DNA of 64,000 nucleotides from an uncultured Gammaproteobacteria bacterium. Its GTDB lineage: Bacteria > Patescibacteriota > Microgenomatia > Levybacterales > UBA12049. The position numbers and the translations under genes were made by a program. Each line of letters begins with the position of its first letter. Within the stretch, counting starts at the first letter, position 1. Shown piece by piece: positions 37,587-47,669 of the stretch. Below the pieces are notes generated by a model that was given only the letters and a program-made list of their open reading frames with translations, had not been told where the DNA came from and ran no database searches. The stretch covers positions 136,134 to 200,133 of the forward strand of contig CAZNAA010000001.1 of assembly GCA_964571255.1 (NCBI GenBank). Reading direction: 5' to 3'.

Positions 37587-38855
37587 ATGAATACCAATTT
37601 TTTTCAAGCGTTTAAGTCCAAACCATTTCTTAATCTGTGGCTTGGGGAAGTCTTTACTCAAATTGCAGTTAATCTTTTTAACTTCTACCTTATCGTTTTT
37701 GTTTTTAACCTTACCCAATCTAGTACAGCAGTATCAGCAATTGTTGTTTCTTTTACCGTTCCAGCTATTCTTTTTGGAATTCTCGCCGGGGCGTATGTAG
37801 ATAGGTGGGATAAGAAGAAGGTGCTTCTTTTCACCAATATATCAAGGGCTCTTATTATTTTTATTTTGGCTTTTTTCCATATGAATATTTGGATGCTTTT
37901 TCTCGCGTCTTTTCTCGTCTCACTCATTACCCAATTTTTTATTCCAGCAGAATCTCCCATGATTCCTCAACTTGTTCGAAAAGATCATTTGCTCTCTGCT
38001 AATGCACTTTTTGGATTGGGAATTTTTGGATCCGTTCTTTTTGCCTACGTCATCTCAGGTCCATTACTTTTGCAATTTAAAGCTATGGGAAGCCTGCTTA
38101 TCTTAGCTGGACTTTTAGTGGTAGGAGCTATCTGTATTTCCTTTATTAAGGAGAAGTATAGTGACGAAGAACACGATGTTCGTCATACACACCAACTCAC
38201 CTTTCACAACGAAGTACGTCATGCGTTTAATATTATTGCGCGTACCAAGGCTATTTATGAATCATTAGTTATTCTGGCCATGACGCAAGTGTTAACTCTT
38301 GTTATTGCTACTCTTATTCCAGGGTATGCAGAAAAAGTTTTGGGGATGGCAGTTGAAGAGTTTTCTTTTCTCTTTATCACCCCAGCTGCACTCGGAACAG
38401 TGATTGGTGCTGTTGTGATTGTAAATATGCTTTCTCGGTTTATGAAGGAAAAACTCGTTACCTTTGGTATTTTTCTTTTCGGAGTTAGTATGCTCATTTT
38501 GCCCTATGGATCACGAATTGCATCTCGAGACATTGTTTCAACGCTTAATTCTTTTCTTCCGCCCTATATGGATATTACCAATTTACATATCTTAGTTTTC
38601 TTGGCATTTTTCATGGGACTTGCTAATGCTTTAGTCTTTGTTCCGTCAAATACGCTACTGCAAGAGAGAACGAGTGATGAAGTGAGAGGCAAAGCCTATG
38701 GAGTACTGAATACCTTGGTAGGTATTTTATCGTTTGGACCAATTCTTCTAGCAGGTGGACTGGCTGACCAATTTGGCGTTGCAGCTGTTATTATAGGAAT
38801 AGGAGTAACTGTGCTTCTTTCAGGACTCTATCGAGTTGTGATGGGACATAATTAA
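37587..38855 (+). CDS. MFS transporter
   Basis: 12 TM helices, and the motif GAYVDRWDKKKV between TM2 and TM3. Confidence 0.75.
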   Translation: MNTNFFQAFKSKPFLNLWLGEVFTQIAVNLFNFYLIVFVFNLTQSSTAVSAIVVSFTVPAILFGILAGAYVDRWDKKKVLLFTNISRALIIFILAFFHMNIWMLFLASFLVSLITQFFIPAESPMIPQLVRKDHLLSANALFGLGIFGSVLFAYVISGPLLLQFKAMGSLLILAGLLVVGAICISFIKEKYSDEEHDVRHTHQLTFHNEVRHAFNIIARTKAIYESLVILAMTQVLTLVIATLIPGYAEKVLGMAVEEFSFLFITPAALGTVIGAVVIVNMLSRFMKEKLVTFGIFLFGVSMLILPYGSRIASRDIVSTLNSFLPPYMDITNLHILVFLAFFMGLANALVFVPSNTLLQERTSDEVRGKAYGVLNTLVGILSFGPILLAGGLADQFGVAAVIIGIGVTVLLSGLYRVVMGHN

Positions 38856-38861
38856 TTCACT

Positions 38862-39542
38862 ATGGAACTTTTCCTGCTTTTCTTACTGCTTGGGTTATTC
38901 ATGTTTCTTTTTGTTCTTCATAGTTTAACGAGAGAAGATTATGGTCTGTTGAGACGAAATATCTCCATGGACCAATTGTTTAACGTTACCTTTCTCTCTC
39001 TTCTTGGAGGACTTCTTCTTTCTCGAGCAATCTATGCTTTATTTCATTTGAATCCATTTTTTCTTAACCCATTAGTCTTTTTTGCTATTCCTTATTATTC
39101 AGGTCTTTCTCTTTTTGGTGGAGCAGTGGGAGTTTTTGGGAGTTTGTATCTTTTGTGTGTAAAAAAGAAATATCCTTGGAAAAAGTTTTTTGACTTTTTT
39201 TCAATTGCAGCATCATGTGCTTTGCCATTGGTTGGAATAGGAACGATCTTTCTTCATCAAGGAAATTTACTTTTTCCTATCCTTGTTTCTTCCTTCTTAT
39301 ATGGAGTAATTGGGGTTGTGAGTGTGACTGTTTTGTATAAACGCATCGTTCATGCTACACTCCCAGATGGTATTACTGGGGTATTGTTTCTTTTCTCACT
39401 CGCTTTTATTTATTTAATTGAGCGACTCTTTTTAAGAAGTGGGAAAGACTCACTGTTTTTTCCAGAGTCTATCGCCTGGTTTATAACGGCTGTTATTACC
39501 TTTGGAATTTTAATTTACCTCTCATTTATCAAAAAAAAATAA
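38862..39542 (+). CDS. Polytopic membrane protein, possibly prolipoprotein diacylglyceryl transferase-like
   Basis: YYSGLSLFGGAVGVFGS resembles the Lgt signature, but the protein is short (226 aa). Confidence 0.35.
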   Translation: MELFLLFLLLGLFMFLFVLHSLTREDYGLLRRNISMDQLFNVTFLSLLGGLLLSRAIYALFHLNPFFLNPLVFFAIPYYSGLSLFGGAVGVFGSLYLLCVKKKYPWKKFFDFFSIAASCALPLVGIGTIFLHQGNLLFPILVSSFLYGVIGVVSVTVLYKRIVHATLPDGITGVLFLFSLAFIYLIERLFLRSGKDSLFFPESIAWFITAVITFGILIYLSFIKKK

Positions 39543-39543
39543 T

Positions 39544-40311
39544 ATGACTATTCTTTTTGAAGATCAGAACTTTTTAGCTATTAATAAGCCCAGTGGGGTT
39601 GTTGTTAATAATGCTGATACTGTCCATACTCAAACGGTTCAATCATGGGCAAAAAAGCATTTGGGTCTTGCCGACTATACGGGTGAAGTGAGTGGAGAAG
39701 TAGCAGATGAAGAGGGAGAGTATGATTATGAGCGAATGTTTCTTGAAAGGAGTGGGGTAGTACACCGACTTGATAAAGAAACCTCAGGAGTACTTCTTAT
39801 TGGGAAAACAGTTGAGTCATTTAAACTGCTTCAGCAGCAATTCAAAAATAGAGAGACAAAAAAAGAATATCGGGCTCTAGTTCATGATATTGTCCATCCA
39901 CCTGATGGGGAAATCAGCGTACCAGTTGGGAGACTTACCTGGAATAGAAAACAATTTGGCGTAGTTGCAGGAGGAAGAGAAGCAGTGACAACGTACAAAA
40001 CAGAAGCAATTTATGAGAGAAAAGAAGGAAAACTCAAGCTTCACTATACGTATTTACACCTTTTTCCACTAACGGGAAGAACCCATCAAATTCGAGTTCA
40101 TATGAAACATATCCATCATCCCGTAGTCTCTGATACGTTGTATGCAGGTAGAAAAACAGCCTTAATCGATCGCAAAGTCCTTCCACGCCTCTTCCTTCAT
40201 GCCTATTCTCTTACTTTCTTTCACCCCACTACTAGAAAAGAACAAACAGTGATTGCTCCTCTTCCTTCTGATTTAACAAACTTCCTTGATACCTGTTTAA
40301 GAATTCAGTAG
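39544..40311 (+). CDS. RluA-family pseudouridine synthase
   Basis: Catalytic motif VHRLDKETSGVLLIGKT. Confidence 0.8.
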   Translation: MTILFEDQNFLAINKPSGVVVNNADTVHTQTVQSWAKKHLGLADYTGEVSGEVADEEGEYDYERMFLERSGVVHRLDKETSGVLLIGKTVESFKLLQQQFKNRETKKEYRALVHDIVHPPDGEISVPVGRLTWNRKQFGVVAGGREAVTTYKTEAIYERKEGKLKLHYTYLHLFPLTGRTHQIRVHMKHIHHPVVSDTLYAGRKTALIDRKVLPRLFLHAYSLTFFHPTTRKEQTVIAPLPSDLTNFLDTCLRIQ

Positions 40312-40332
40312 AATAGAACAGGAGGTGATCGT

Positions 40333-40470
40333 ATGGGAAAAGACTTTTATAAAGGTGACAAGAAAAAAGCAAAAAAATCACAACAGCCAACTAACCAATC
40401 ATTTACATCAAGTGCACCGATTTTTGTTCTTCCAAAAGTTATAGAGAAGAAAAAACCGGGCAATGCTTAA
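40333..40470 (+). CDS. Putative small basic protein (45 aa)
   Basis: Strong SD ACAGGAGGTGATCGT-ATG. Below the ORF-track cutoff. Lys-rich. Confidence 0.2.
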   Translation: MGKDFYKGDKKKAKKSQQPTNQSFTSSAPIFVLPKVIEKKKPGNA

Positions 40471-41281
40471 TCTGCCCATGAAAAAAAATCAACAGAGCCT
40501 ACGACTGGCCTTATTCTTTTGTTTGGTAGTATTTTTTGCTGTAGGTATCTCACTAACGGCAAAATTTGTGAGTCTTCTCAAACAAAGTTCCTATGACTCT
40601 TCTCATAGATATACTGTCTATATTGAGAAAACACCACTTGTTGGAAAAGTGATTTCTGTTGATCCTGTCAATAAGACAGTAAGTGAGATACAGATTTCCA
40701 GTAAAACACTTCTTTCCTCTCCCAGTACTCTTTTAGGAATTCCAACGGATGTCAAAATTACTCTTGAAGGAAATACAGATACGAGTGAAAAGTCGGGGGA
40801 TTCTGAGTTCTTTTCTCTTCTTACCAAGAGGTATAAAAAAGACAATCCGTTTACTCTAATTGATACGATCAGGCTTGGGATATTTCTCAAATCAGTCAAG
40901 AAAGACTCTGTGGAAAAATCAGAAATTATGATTCCTATCTCGATGGAGAATGCGGATTCACTTCTTGAAAACGTACTCACTGATCAATCTATTGTAAAAG
41001 AGGACAAGACTGTTGCGATTGTAAATGCGTCAGGTATCTCTGGAATTGGGAAAAGGGCGGAGAGAATTCTTCTCTCAATGGGTGCAACCGTTATTTCCGT
41101 AACGACTGCAACACAAGATAAGGCTGGGTCCTACGTGAGTTATGCGCAAAATCCTCCTTCCTATACAGCAGAGAAGATTGGGAAAATTTTTCGCCTGTCT
41201 CTAAAAGAAGGGAAGGAAACTCCTACTGCTGATATTACACTTGTTATTGGGAAAGATAGTAAAGAGACAAGCGCATTTTAA
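40463..41281 (+). CDS. LytR_C-domain protein with N-terminal TM anchor
   Basis: C-terminal VAIVNASGISGIGKRAERILLSMGATV...TLVIGKD, typical of the LytR C-terminal domain. Confidence 0.55.
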   Translation: MLNLPMKKNQQSLRLALFFCLVVFFAVGISLTAKFVSLLKQSSYDSSHRYTVYIEKTPLVGKVISVDPVNKTVSEIQISSKTLLSSPSTLLGIPTDVKITLEGNTDTSEKSGDSEFFSLLTKRYKKDNPFTLIDTIRLGIFLKSVKKDSVEKSEIMIPISMENADSLLENVLTDQSIVKEDKTVAIVNASGISGIGKRAERILLSMGATVISVTTATQDKAGSYVSYAQNPPSYTAEKIGKIFRLSLKEGKETPTADITLVIGKDSKETSAF

Positions 41282-41432
41282 CTATGAATATCTATATAAT
41301 GATTGGAGTTCTTCTTGTTATCTCTTTTATCTGGAGTGTTGTGTCTTTACGGGGATTTAATGGACGGAAAATGAAGCAGGTAAAACAGGCTCAAAAAACG
41401 TTAGCAAAAGGAAAAATTATCTTTCAGAAAGG

Positions 41433-42260
41433 TCATTCTAGGTAAAAATCTTTTACTCCTTCTTCTTTTTCTGCATCTTCCTCTGATTCCTCTGGTGGGT
41501 CTTCTTTTAGCTCTTCTTTCTCCTCATCAGCTTCGTTTCTGGCTTTTTGATGTTCTACTGTAAGTTTATGTTTTTCAATAGGATTTACAAATGACTGATG
41601 ATTTTGGAATTGGGGTGCACGAACGGTTTCGATGATAAAAATGATCACTTTATGATTATCAACTGTTTTGATATACGCTTCATACTTATTTCCACCCTCC
41701 ATGAAATTAATGAGTCGTCTGCTCAAATCATCGGCAAGCATGCCAATATATTGTTTGTTGTGGTCTAGTACGAAAATTTTCATTCGTTTGACAGAAAGAG
41801 AAACTTGTTCACCAGAACGAAGAGGGATAAGAATTTTTTGATCTGCAATATTGGTGAGTTCAACTACTTTTGTCTTTCCAGGTTCTTCAATAAAGATATT
41901 ATTCATCAGCGCTTGTCCTGGAGTCGCAGAAAGACTAGATAGTCGTTTGATATTGCGAGTAGCAATAGGATTTTTGGTATCTAGTTGCAATACTTTATGA
42001 TATAAAGCTTTAGCTTCTTTTGTTTGGCCTAGACTTGCCTTGGCAAACGCAAGACGATTAAGTGTATCTATATCATCTGGGTTCTCTTCAAGAAGGGCTT
42101 CGTTTAGTTGGACAGCAAGTTTCCAGTCTCCTTTAAGTGCTGCTTGGATGGCGTCTGTGTGTGGTATTATCATGGTTCGTATTACCGATTCAAAAATTGT
42201 AGTTAGTTTTATTGCAAAAGTCAACATATCCGAGGTATAATATGAGCGTAGAGTAAGCAT
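41433..42260 (-). CDS. TPR-containing hypothetical protein with acidic C-terminus
   Basis: TPR-like segment AKALYHKVLQLDTKNPIATRN, and a highly acidic tail. Confidence 0.4.
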   Translation of the reverse strand: MLTLRSYYTSDMLTFAIKLTTIFESVIRTMIIPHTDAIQAALKGDWKLAVQLNEALLEENPDDIDTLNRLAFAKASLGQTKEAKALYHKVLQLDTKNPIATRNIKRLSSLSATPGQALMNNIFIEEPGKTKVVELTNIADQKILIPLRSGEQVSLSVKRMKIFVLDHNKQYIGMLADDLSRRLINFMEGGNKYEAYIKTVDNHKVIIFIIETVRAPQFQNHQSFVNPIEKHKLTVEHQKARNEADEEKEELKEDPPEESEEDAEKEEGVKDFYLE

Positions 42261-42280
42261 CCTGCTTACTTTTTTATCCT

Positions 42281-43024
42281 ATGAGTGGACATTCTAAGTG
42301 GGCAACAATTAAACGGGCAAAAGGAGTTAATGACGCAAAGCGTGGACAAACCTTTACCAAACTCTCCAATGCTATTACTCTTGCTGTTCGAGAAGGCGGA
42401 GGAGTAGCGGATCCTGCTTTTAACTTTAAACTTCGTTTGGCTATTGATGCAGCACGCAGTGCAAATATGCCAAAAGACAATATTGATAGAGCGATAACTC
42501 GAGCGAGTGGGAAAGGGGAAGCTGCTCTTGAAGAGGCTGTGTATGAAGGCTTTGCTCCTCATGGAGTCAGTCTGATTATCGAAACGGCAACCGATAATAA
42601 ACAGAGAACTGTAAGTGAAGTGAAAAGCACGCTGGATAAAGGGGGAGGAACATTAGGTGTTCAGGGAGCGGTTTCTTACCAGTTTGAACAAAAGGGACTC
42701 ATTACGGTTGAGAAAGAAGGGAAAAGTTTTGATGAACTCTTTCTTATGGCTATTGATTCTGGAGCAGAAGATGTAGAGGATGGTGAGGAGGAGATCATTA
42801 TCTATACTAAACCTGAGGATTTAAATAAAGTTAGAGAGAATCTTTTGAGTCAAAGTCTGAAAATAACAACAGCTGAGTTTACTAGACAACCAACTCTTCT
42901 TGTCAAAATTGACGATGCGGAGAAAGCACAAAAAATCCTCTCTCTTTTAGATAAGTTAGAATCTCTCTCAGACGTTCAGAAAGTCTATGCAAATTTTGAT
43001 ATTCCAGAAGAACTGATATCATAA
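42281..43024 (+). CDS. yebC: YebC/PmpR-family transcriptional regulator
   Basis: MSGHSKWATIKRAKGVNDAKRGQ. Confidence 0.9.
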   Translation: MSGHSKWATIKRAKGVNDAKRGQTFTKLSNAITLAVREGGGVADPAFNFKLRLAIDAARSANMPKDNIDRAITRASGKGEAALEEAVYEGFAPHGVSLIIETATDNKQRTVSEVKSTLDKGGGTLGVQGAVSYQFEQKGLITVEKEGKSFDELFLMAIDSGAEDVEDGEEEIIIYTKPEDLNKVRENLLSQSLKITTAEFTRQPTLLVKIDDAEKAQKILSLLDKLESLSDVQKVYANFDIPEELIS

Positions 43025-43028
43025 AATC

Positions 43029-43904
43029 ATGCCTTCTTATACACCCACCCAACTTCTCTCATTTACTAAATGGATAAAACCATATCTCAAAGTAAATAGA
43101 GAAGGGAAGAAAGTTATTACCGTTGTTATTCCAAAGAGACAAAAATTTATTATCTCTGTTAGTATTTTGTCACTTCTTCTTCTGTTGAGTGAAGTGTTTT
43201 TAGGACAACTTGGAGCCTATGCACTAACAGGAGTAGTAGGGGTTGCTATTCTCACAGATATCTTTCTCTACTGGGCACTTAAGCAAGATTTAGATGAGAA
43301 AAGTGAATACGGCGTATTTATCTTACCATTTTTCTATACCTTGTCCTTTGCTCTTTTTTACTCTCTTGTTCCAGAACGTCTCATTTATCGTTTAGGATTA
43401 ACGCTTCTGTACTCTTTTGGGTTGTACTCATTGTATTTAAGTCAGAATATTTTTGTTGTCAGTGCTATTCGAACCATTCAGCTGCTATCTGGAGCACGAA
43501 TTGTCTCTTATATCATTACGCTTCTGGCTTTTTTCTTTATGACGGCAACTGTTTTTTCATTTCACATCTATGTGTTATATGAAGGAATTCTTGTTTTTAT
43601 CTATACGTATCTTTTGATGTATCATACCCTTTGGACATATTCACTCTCAGAAAAGACCTATAATATTTCATTGTGGGTTTTGGGACTCACCATTTGTATT
43701 TGGGAATTGGCTATGGTTTTGTGGTTCTGGCCAAGTTCCTCAACAGTAATTGCGCTTTTCTTAACAGGAATTTTTTATGCCTTAGGGGGGATGTCACATG
43801 TCTGGCTTGAGCGAAAGCTATTTAAAGGAGTACTCCTAGAATATTTATGGGTAATTGTAGCTGTTTTTCTTTTTCTTCTGCTATTTAGTACTTGGGGGAA
43901 GTAG
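43029..43904 (+). CDS. Hypothetical polytopic membrane protein
   Basis: About 8 TM helices. Confidence 0.45.
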   Translation: MPSYTPTQLLSFTKWIKPYLKVNREGKKVITVVIPKRQKFIISVSILSLLLLLSEVFLGQLGAYALTGVVGVAILTDIFLYWALKQDLDEKSEYGVFILPFFYTLSFALFYSLVPERLIYRLGLTLLYSFGLYSLYLSQNIFVVSAIRTIQLLSGARIVSYIITLLAFFFMTATVFSFHIYVLYEGILVFIYTYLLMYHTLWTYSLSEKTYNISLWVLGLTICIWELAMVLWFWPSSSTVIALFLTGIFYALGGMSHVWLERKLFKGVLLEYLWVIVAVFLFLLLFSTWGK

Positions 43905-45325
43905 TCTTAATAGAATCCTATAGTATACTATCTGTTTTTTTTTCTTTCCATAAGAACATAATTTAGATTATTGATAAAAAGATATTGTTGTGAGTGTAGC
44001 GTTCACATACGAGAAAAGAGAAGAAGGAGAGTGATGAATGGGAAAATAAATAGGAAAGTGGGAGAGTAGAAGATGAGTAGGTCCTGTAGTACTGATACAG
44101 ATTGATATAGTCAGAAATAATCCTATAAGACATAAATGATATAGTTTGATACATAATGTGGATAACTATTTTTAGCTTCAATTCGTGCCTAAAAAAGATG
44201 GTTAGGGCGTATTCTTCTCGGAGGAGGACTGCCAGGTGTCGCTTTGTTCTCTTCGGGAATAGTAGCTCACAGATTTAAAAAATACGAAATGTGTTCATTT
44301 TTTTAGGGAAAAGAGATCAGTTTTCACGAACCTAAACAGGCTCAAGTTCTTAGTAGAGCAGGGTATAGGAAAAGCTCCACTTTTCACAGAATCTAGAAGT
44401 AGTATGAAGCCTCTCCAGAGGAGAGTGCTACAGATGCCTAGTTATAAACAATTAGTTTCTACTCAAAGAGTGTAGATAACACGCATATAAAGAAAGATTT
44501 AGAGCGTATTCTCTCTTAGTAGTAATTGTTTCTTCTTTAAAGAAGAAAATGTGTTGTTTTGTCAGGACGGGGCTTATATATGCTTATGTCGTATAATAAT
44601 ACTTTTACGACATGACGCATGGTTGGTTCTGGGGAGGACCTAGGTTTGGGACAGATTTGATTTTATTCATTTTTCTTCTTGTATAGCCTTGATTTTCTCA
44701 AATGCTATTCTGCTCCATTCGTGCTCCGAATACTCGATTTCTTGCTTTCAATAACTATGAGCTTTAAATTCTTTTTCACACAGCCTCCTTCCCTGTATTC
44801 AGGCATAATCTGTGAAAACAGTGTTCTCCCTGGTACCTTTTCCCATAGGGAGGATCTTTTTACCCTAAAAAGATTGTTTTTAGTTGCCTGACAAAAAACA
44901 GAGGTCCAAGTATTCATCTTGCCCTCATTCAACGCGTCCTAGGGCATTTGGTGACGTTGTAGGATCAGGCTCAGGGACGTGATTCAGGGTGGTTGTTCCA
45001 AATAGAAGAGAAATTAGATCCAAGACCCATTTCTTCTGGATCTATTGGAGTTAACCCATTAGTAAGTACTTGATTATATCTAGCTACTGCGTGTTCGAAG
45101 ACGTGTTTTGAATCTGCATTAGTCATAACTCTCTGTAGCTTTTTAATGATTAATAGACATTCGATCTTTATATAGGAGGTTCAGTTGGAAGGCCAATAGC
45201 AACTATATGTTTTTTGGTAAGTGTTCCTGAAGTTATTTCCGCATATGGTAATCTACAAAGAGATTAAGAGTTGTGAGTCATGAAGAGAATTATATAAGCT
45301 TGACTGGGGGAGTTACAAGCTGTCT

Positions 45326-46078
45326 TTACTTTTTGGGTTTAGCATAAATCATTGAAACAGTACACACCGTGCCTTTTGGGATTGGTGTTTCTTCTACTTT
45401 TGTTATTCCAGCTTTATTACAATCAAACGCAGTCCACTTCCCTGCTTTTGCTTCTATTCCTATTGTGTATGGATCGTCTCCTTCAACAACGATATTATCT
45501 ACGTTCAGAACAGTGCCTACAGGAAGTCTTGTTACAACTTGTGAATCGAGTTGAGGCTCCTTACGTACATTTACAAAGGAAGCTCTATCTAAATCTGTTG
45601 CACCATCTGTAATCTCAATAGAACGATAGAGTCTTCCGTCAGGATTCCGTCGTGATTGCTCAAGCTCTTTAGAAAGGGCAGCATTTATTGCGGCTAGGTG
45701 TCTTTTTCGAGGGGGTAGGGTAGCTGTTGGTGGTGCTGAAAGCGTTGGTTGTTGTGGATTGTTAATAAATTCTCTTGCGACTCCAATCCCTCCTAATACA
45801 AATAATGCTGATAATGAAGTGACGATAAAACCAAGTAATATTTGAGAAAATGTGTTAAATGGATCAACTCTTCTCTTTTCTGTTGATGAATATGTTTGTC
45901 GAGGATTCGCTTGTCGTTTTTTTTGTGCTTCAAGAAGAAGATAAGCTTGAATGAATATAAACACTGTTTCTAATTGTCTTTGCCTAATCTCCTCTTCTGC
46001 TTTATCTACTTCATCTCCGTTTTGGATTTGGCGTTCACGTGACTCTTCATAGGCTGTTCGATTAATGTATTGTTCCAT
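45326..46078 (-). CDS. Hypothetical single-TM protein
   Basis: Internal TM helix LLGFIVTSLSALFVLGGIGV with a C-terminal beta-rich domain. Confidence 0.45.
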   Translation of the reverse strand: MEQYINRTAYEESRERQIQNGDEVDKAEEEIRQRQLETVFIFIQAYLLLEAQKKRQANPRQTYSSTEKRRVDPFNTFSQILLGFIVTSLSALFVLGGIGVAREFINNPQQPTLSAPPTATLPPRKRHLAAINAALSKELEQSRRNPDGRLYRSIEITDGATDLDRASFVNVRKEPQLDSQVVTRLPVGTVLNVDNIVVEGDDPYTIGIEAKAGKWTAFDCNKAGITKVEETPIPKGTVCTVSMIYAKPKK

Positions 46079-46151
46079 ACCGCATATACTACTATAGGTT
46101 GATTAATCTTGTCAAGTGTAGCTAAAGAGTGAATTTGGTATACTAAAAAGT

Positions 46152-46769
46152 ATGAACTTACCTTCTCTATTCAAATCAGTTCGTCTTATTGGGTTTGTTG
46201 CTGTTTTGGGAATAGTATTACTCATTGCAGTTTTCTTTGTCGTAAAGCAATTTAAACCTGATTATGTATTTAATACTTCATCTCAAACAGTAATTAAACA
46301 ACTAGAGTCTTTAAATAGGCTCGAAACGGCTTCATTCACTATTGAAAAAGTGATTGATGCAAAATCTGAAGGGGGACAAATTAAACAGTTTTTCTTTGGG
46401 GATAGGCTTCTTCTTATTGCTCAAGGACAAGTAATTGCAGGAATTGACCTCTCAAAAGTGCAAAAAGGAGATATTACGGTTGATGGCACTTCCCTCTACC
46501 TTACTCTCCCCTCACCTGAAATATTTGTGGTGAATCTCTATTCTGATCAAACCCGAGTCTATGACAGGCGTCAGAGTCTTCTAACGAAAGGTGATCCACA
46601 ACTTGAGTCTCAGGCACGATCAGTGGCTGAAAAAACGATTAGACAGGCTGCATGTGAAGGGAAAATACTTGAGGAAGCAAATAAGAATGCAATGACTCAA
46701 TTAGAGTCATTATTTAAAACTGCAGGATTTAGCTCGGTCGTTATTCGAACATCTATCGGATCTTGTTAA
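46152..46769 (+). CDS. Hypothetical membrane-anchored protein (DUF4230-like)
   Basis: N-terminal TM helix and a conserved GIDL core. Confidence 0.4.
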   Translation: MNLPSLFKSVRLIGFVAVLGIVLLIAVFFVVKQFKPDYVFNTSSQTVIKQLESLNRLETASFTIEKVIDAKSEGGQIKQFFFGDRLLLIAQGQVIAGIDLSKVQKGDITVDGTSLYLTLPSPEIFVVNLYSDQTRVYDRRQSLLTKGDPQLESQARSVAEKTIRQAACEGKILEEANKNAMTQLESLFKTAGFSSVVIRTSIGSC

Positions 46770-46805
46770 CTTGACGCTTTATTTACCTCCTTATACAATC
46801 CCATT

Positions 46806-47669
46806 ATGTTAATAGAAACAATGATTTCACTTCCTTTTTTGAGAAAAGATAAACAAATAATAACAGCTCAACTTATGGCTGGACTCTTTCCGGTATATAG
46901 AGATTTTGAGAAACTAGAAAAAATCTCTAGTGACAATAAGGAAGCTAGAGAAAGAGTGCGTCAATCTCTTGATAAATTTGCTGAGAGAGTTAACCCTGCA
47001 AGAGTAAGTGAATTAGTTCATAGGCACAAGACAAAAGAAGGAAAAATAGAAGAGGCAAACTTCTCTATTCAACCGTTTGCAGGAACTGGAACTATTTATC
47101 CATCAAGGGAGATAAATAAAAAGAGTACTAATACTCAAACACAATTTTCTGATGGAGATTATGGTTTCTTCTTAGGTGTAAAGAAAAATCCTGATACCCG
47201 TTGGCTTGCGATGTTAAGTTTTTACTCACGAGAGGATGCTTTTACTGATTATGATGAGAACACGAATATATTTGGAGATCTGCCTATATCTGTTGATGCA
47301 CTCACAGTTGTTCAACTTCAAGGAGTAGAAAGGAAAAGTTCTGATGGGTTTGAAACTACTTTATTAAGGCAATTTCAATGGGGTCATGTCATGCTCACTC
47401 TTTTTTTACAGTGGGCTCAAGCTGTAAGAGTAAGTGCTGTGGATTTAGTTCCTGCTGAATACAACTCTTGGATAGATACTACCAGTCAAGAGAAGCAACT
47501 GCGTTTTGAAAAAAGATATGATAAACCAGCACAGAATATGGGATTTAGAAGAGTAAAAAATGAGAGAGGTGAATTAACAGGACTTTATACGCTTCCTCTC
47601 TCCTACCCTTCTTTCAGAGTTGGAAAATCTGGTAAGATAAATACCAATGGAGCTAGCCAAACTTATTGA
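46806..47669 (+). CDS. Hypothetical protein
   Basis: 287-aa ORF. Its 3' end overlaps the recombinase start by 23 nt. Confidence 0.4.
   Translation: MLIETMISLPFLRKDKQIITAQLMAGLFPVYRDFEKLEKISSDNKEARERVRQSLDKFAERVNPARVSELVHRHKTKEGKIEEANFSIQPFAGTGTIYPSREINKKSTNTQTQFSDGDYGFFLGVKKNPDTRWLAMLSFYSREDAFTDYDENTNIFGDLPISVDALTVVQLQGVERKSSDGFETTLLRQFQWGHVMLTLFLQWAQAVRVSAVDLVPAEYNSWIDTTSQEKQLRFEKRYDKPAQNMGFRRVKNERGELTGLYTLPLSYPSFRVGKSGKINTNGASQTY

Noticed and set aside
43905-45325. tmRNA, RNase P RNA or group II intron in the 1.4-kb ORF-free region
   Set aside because: By eye I found no tRNA-like 3' end (GGUUCGAxUCC...CCA), no RNase P P4 block (AGGAAAGUCCGG) and no group II domain V consensus. Left as an open question rather than a feature.
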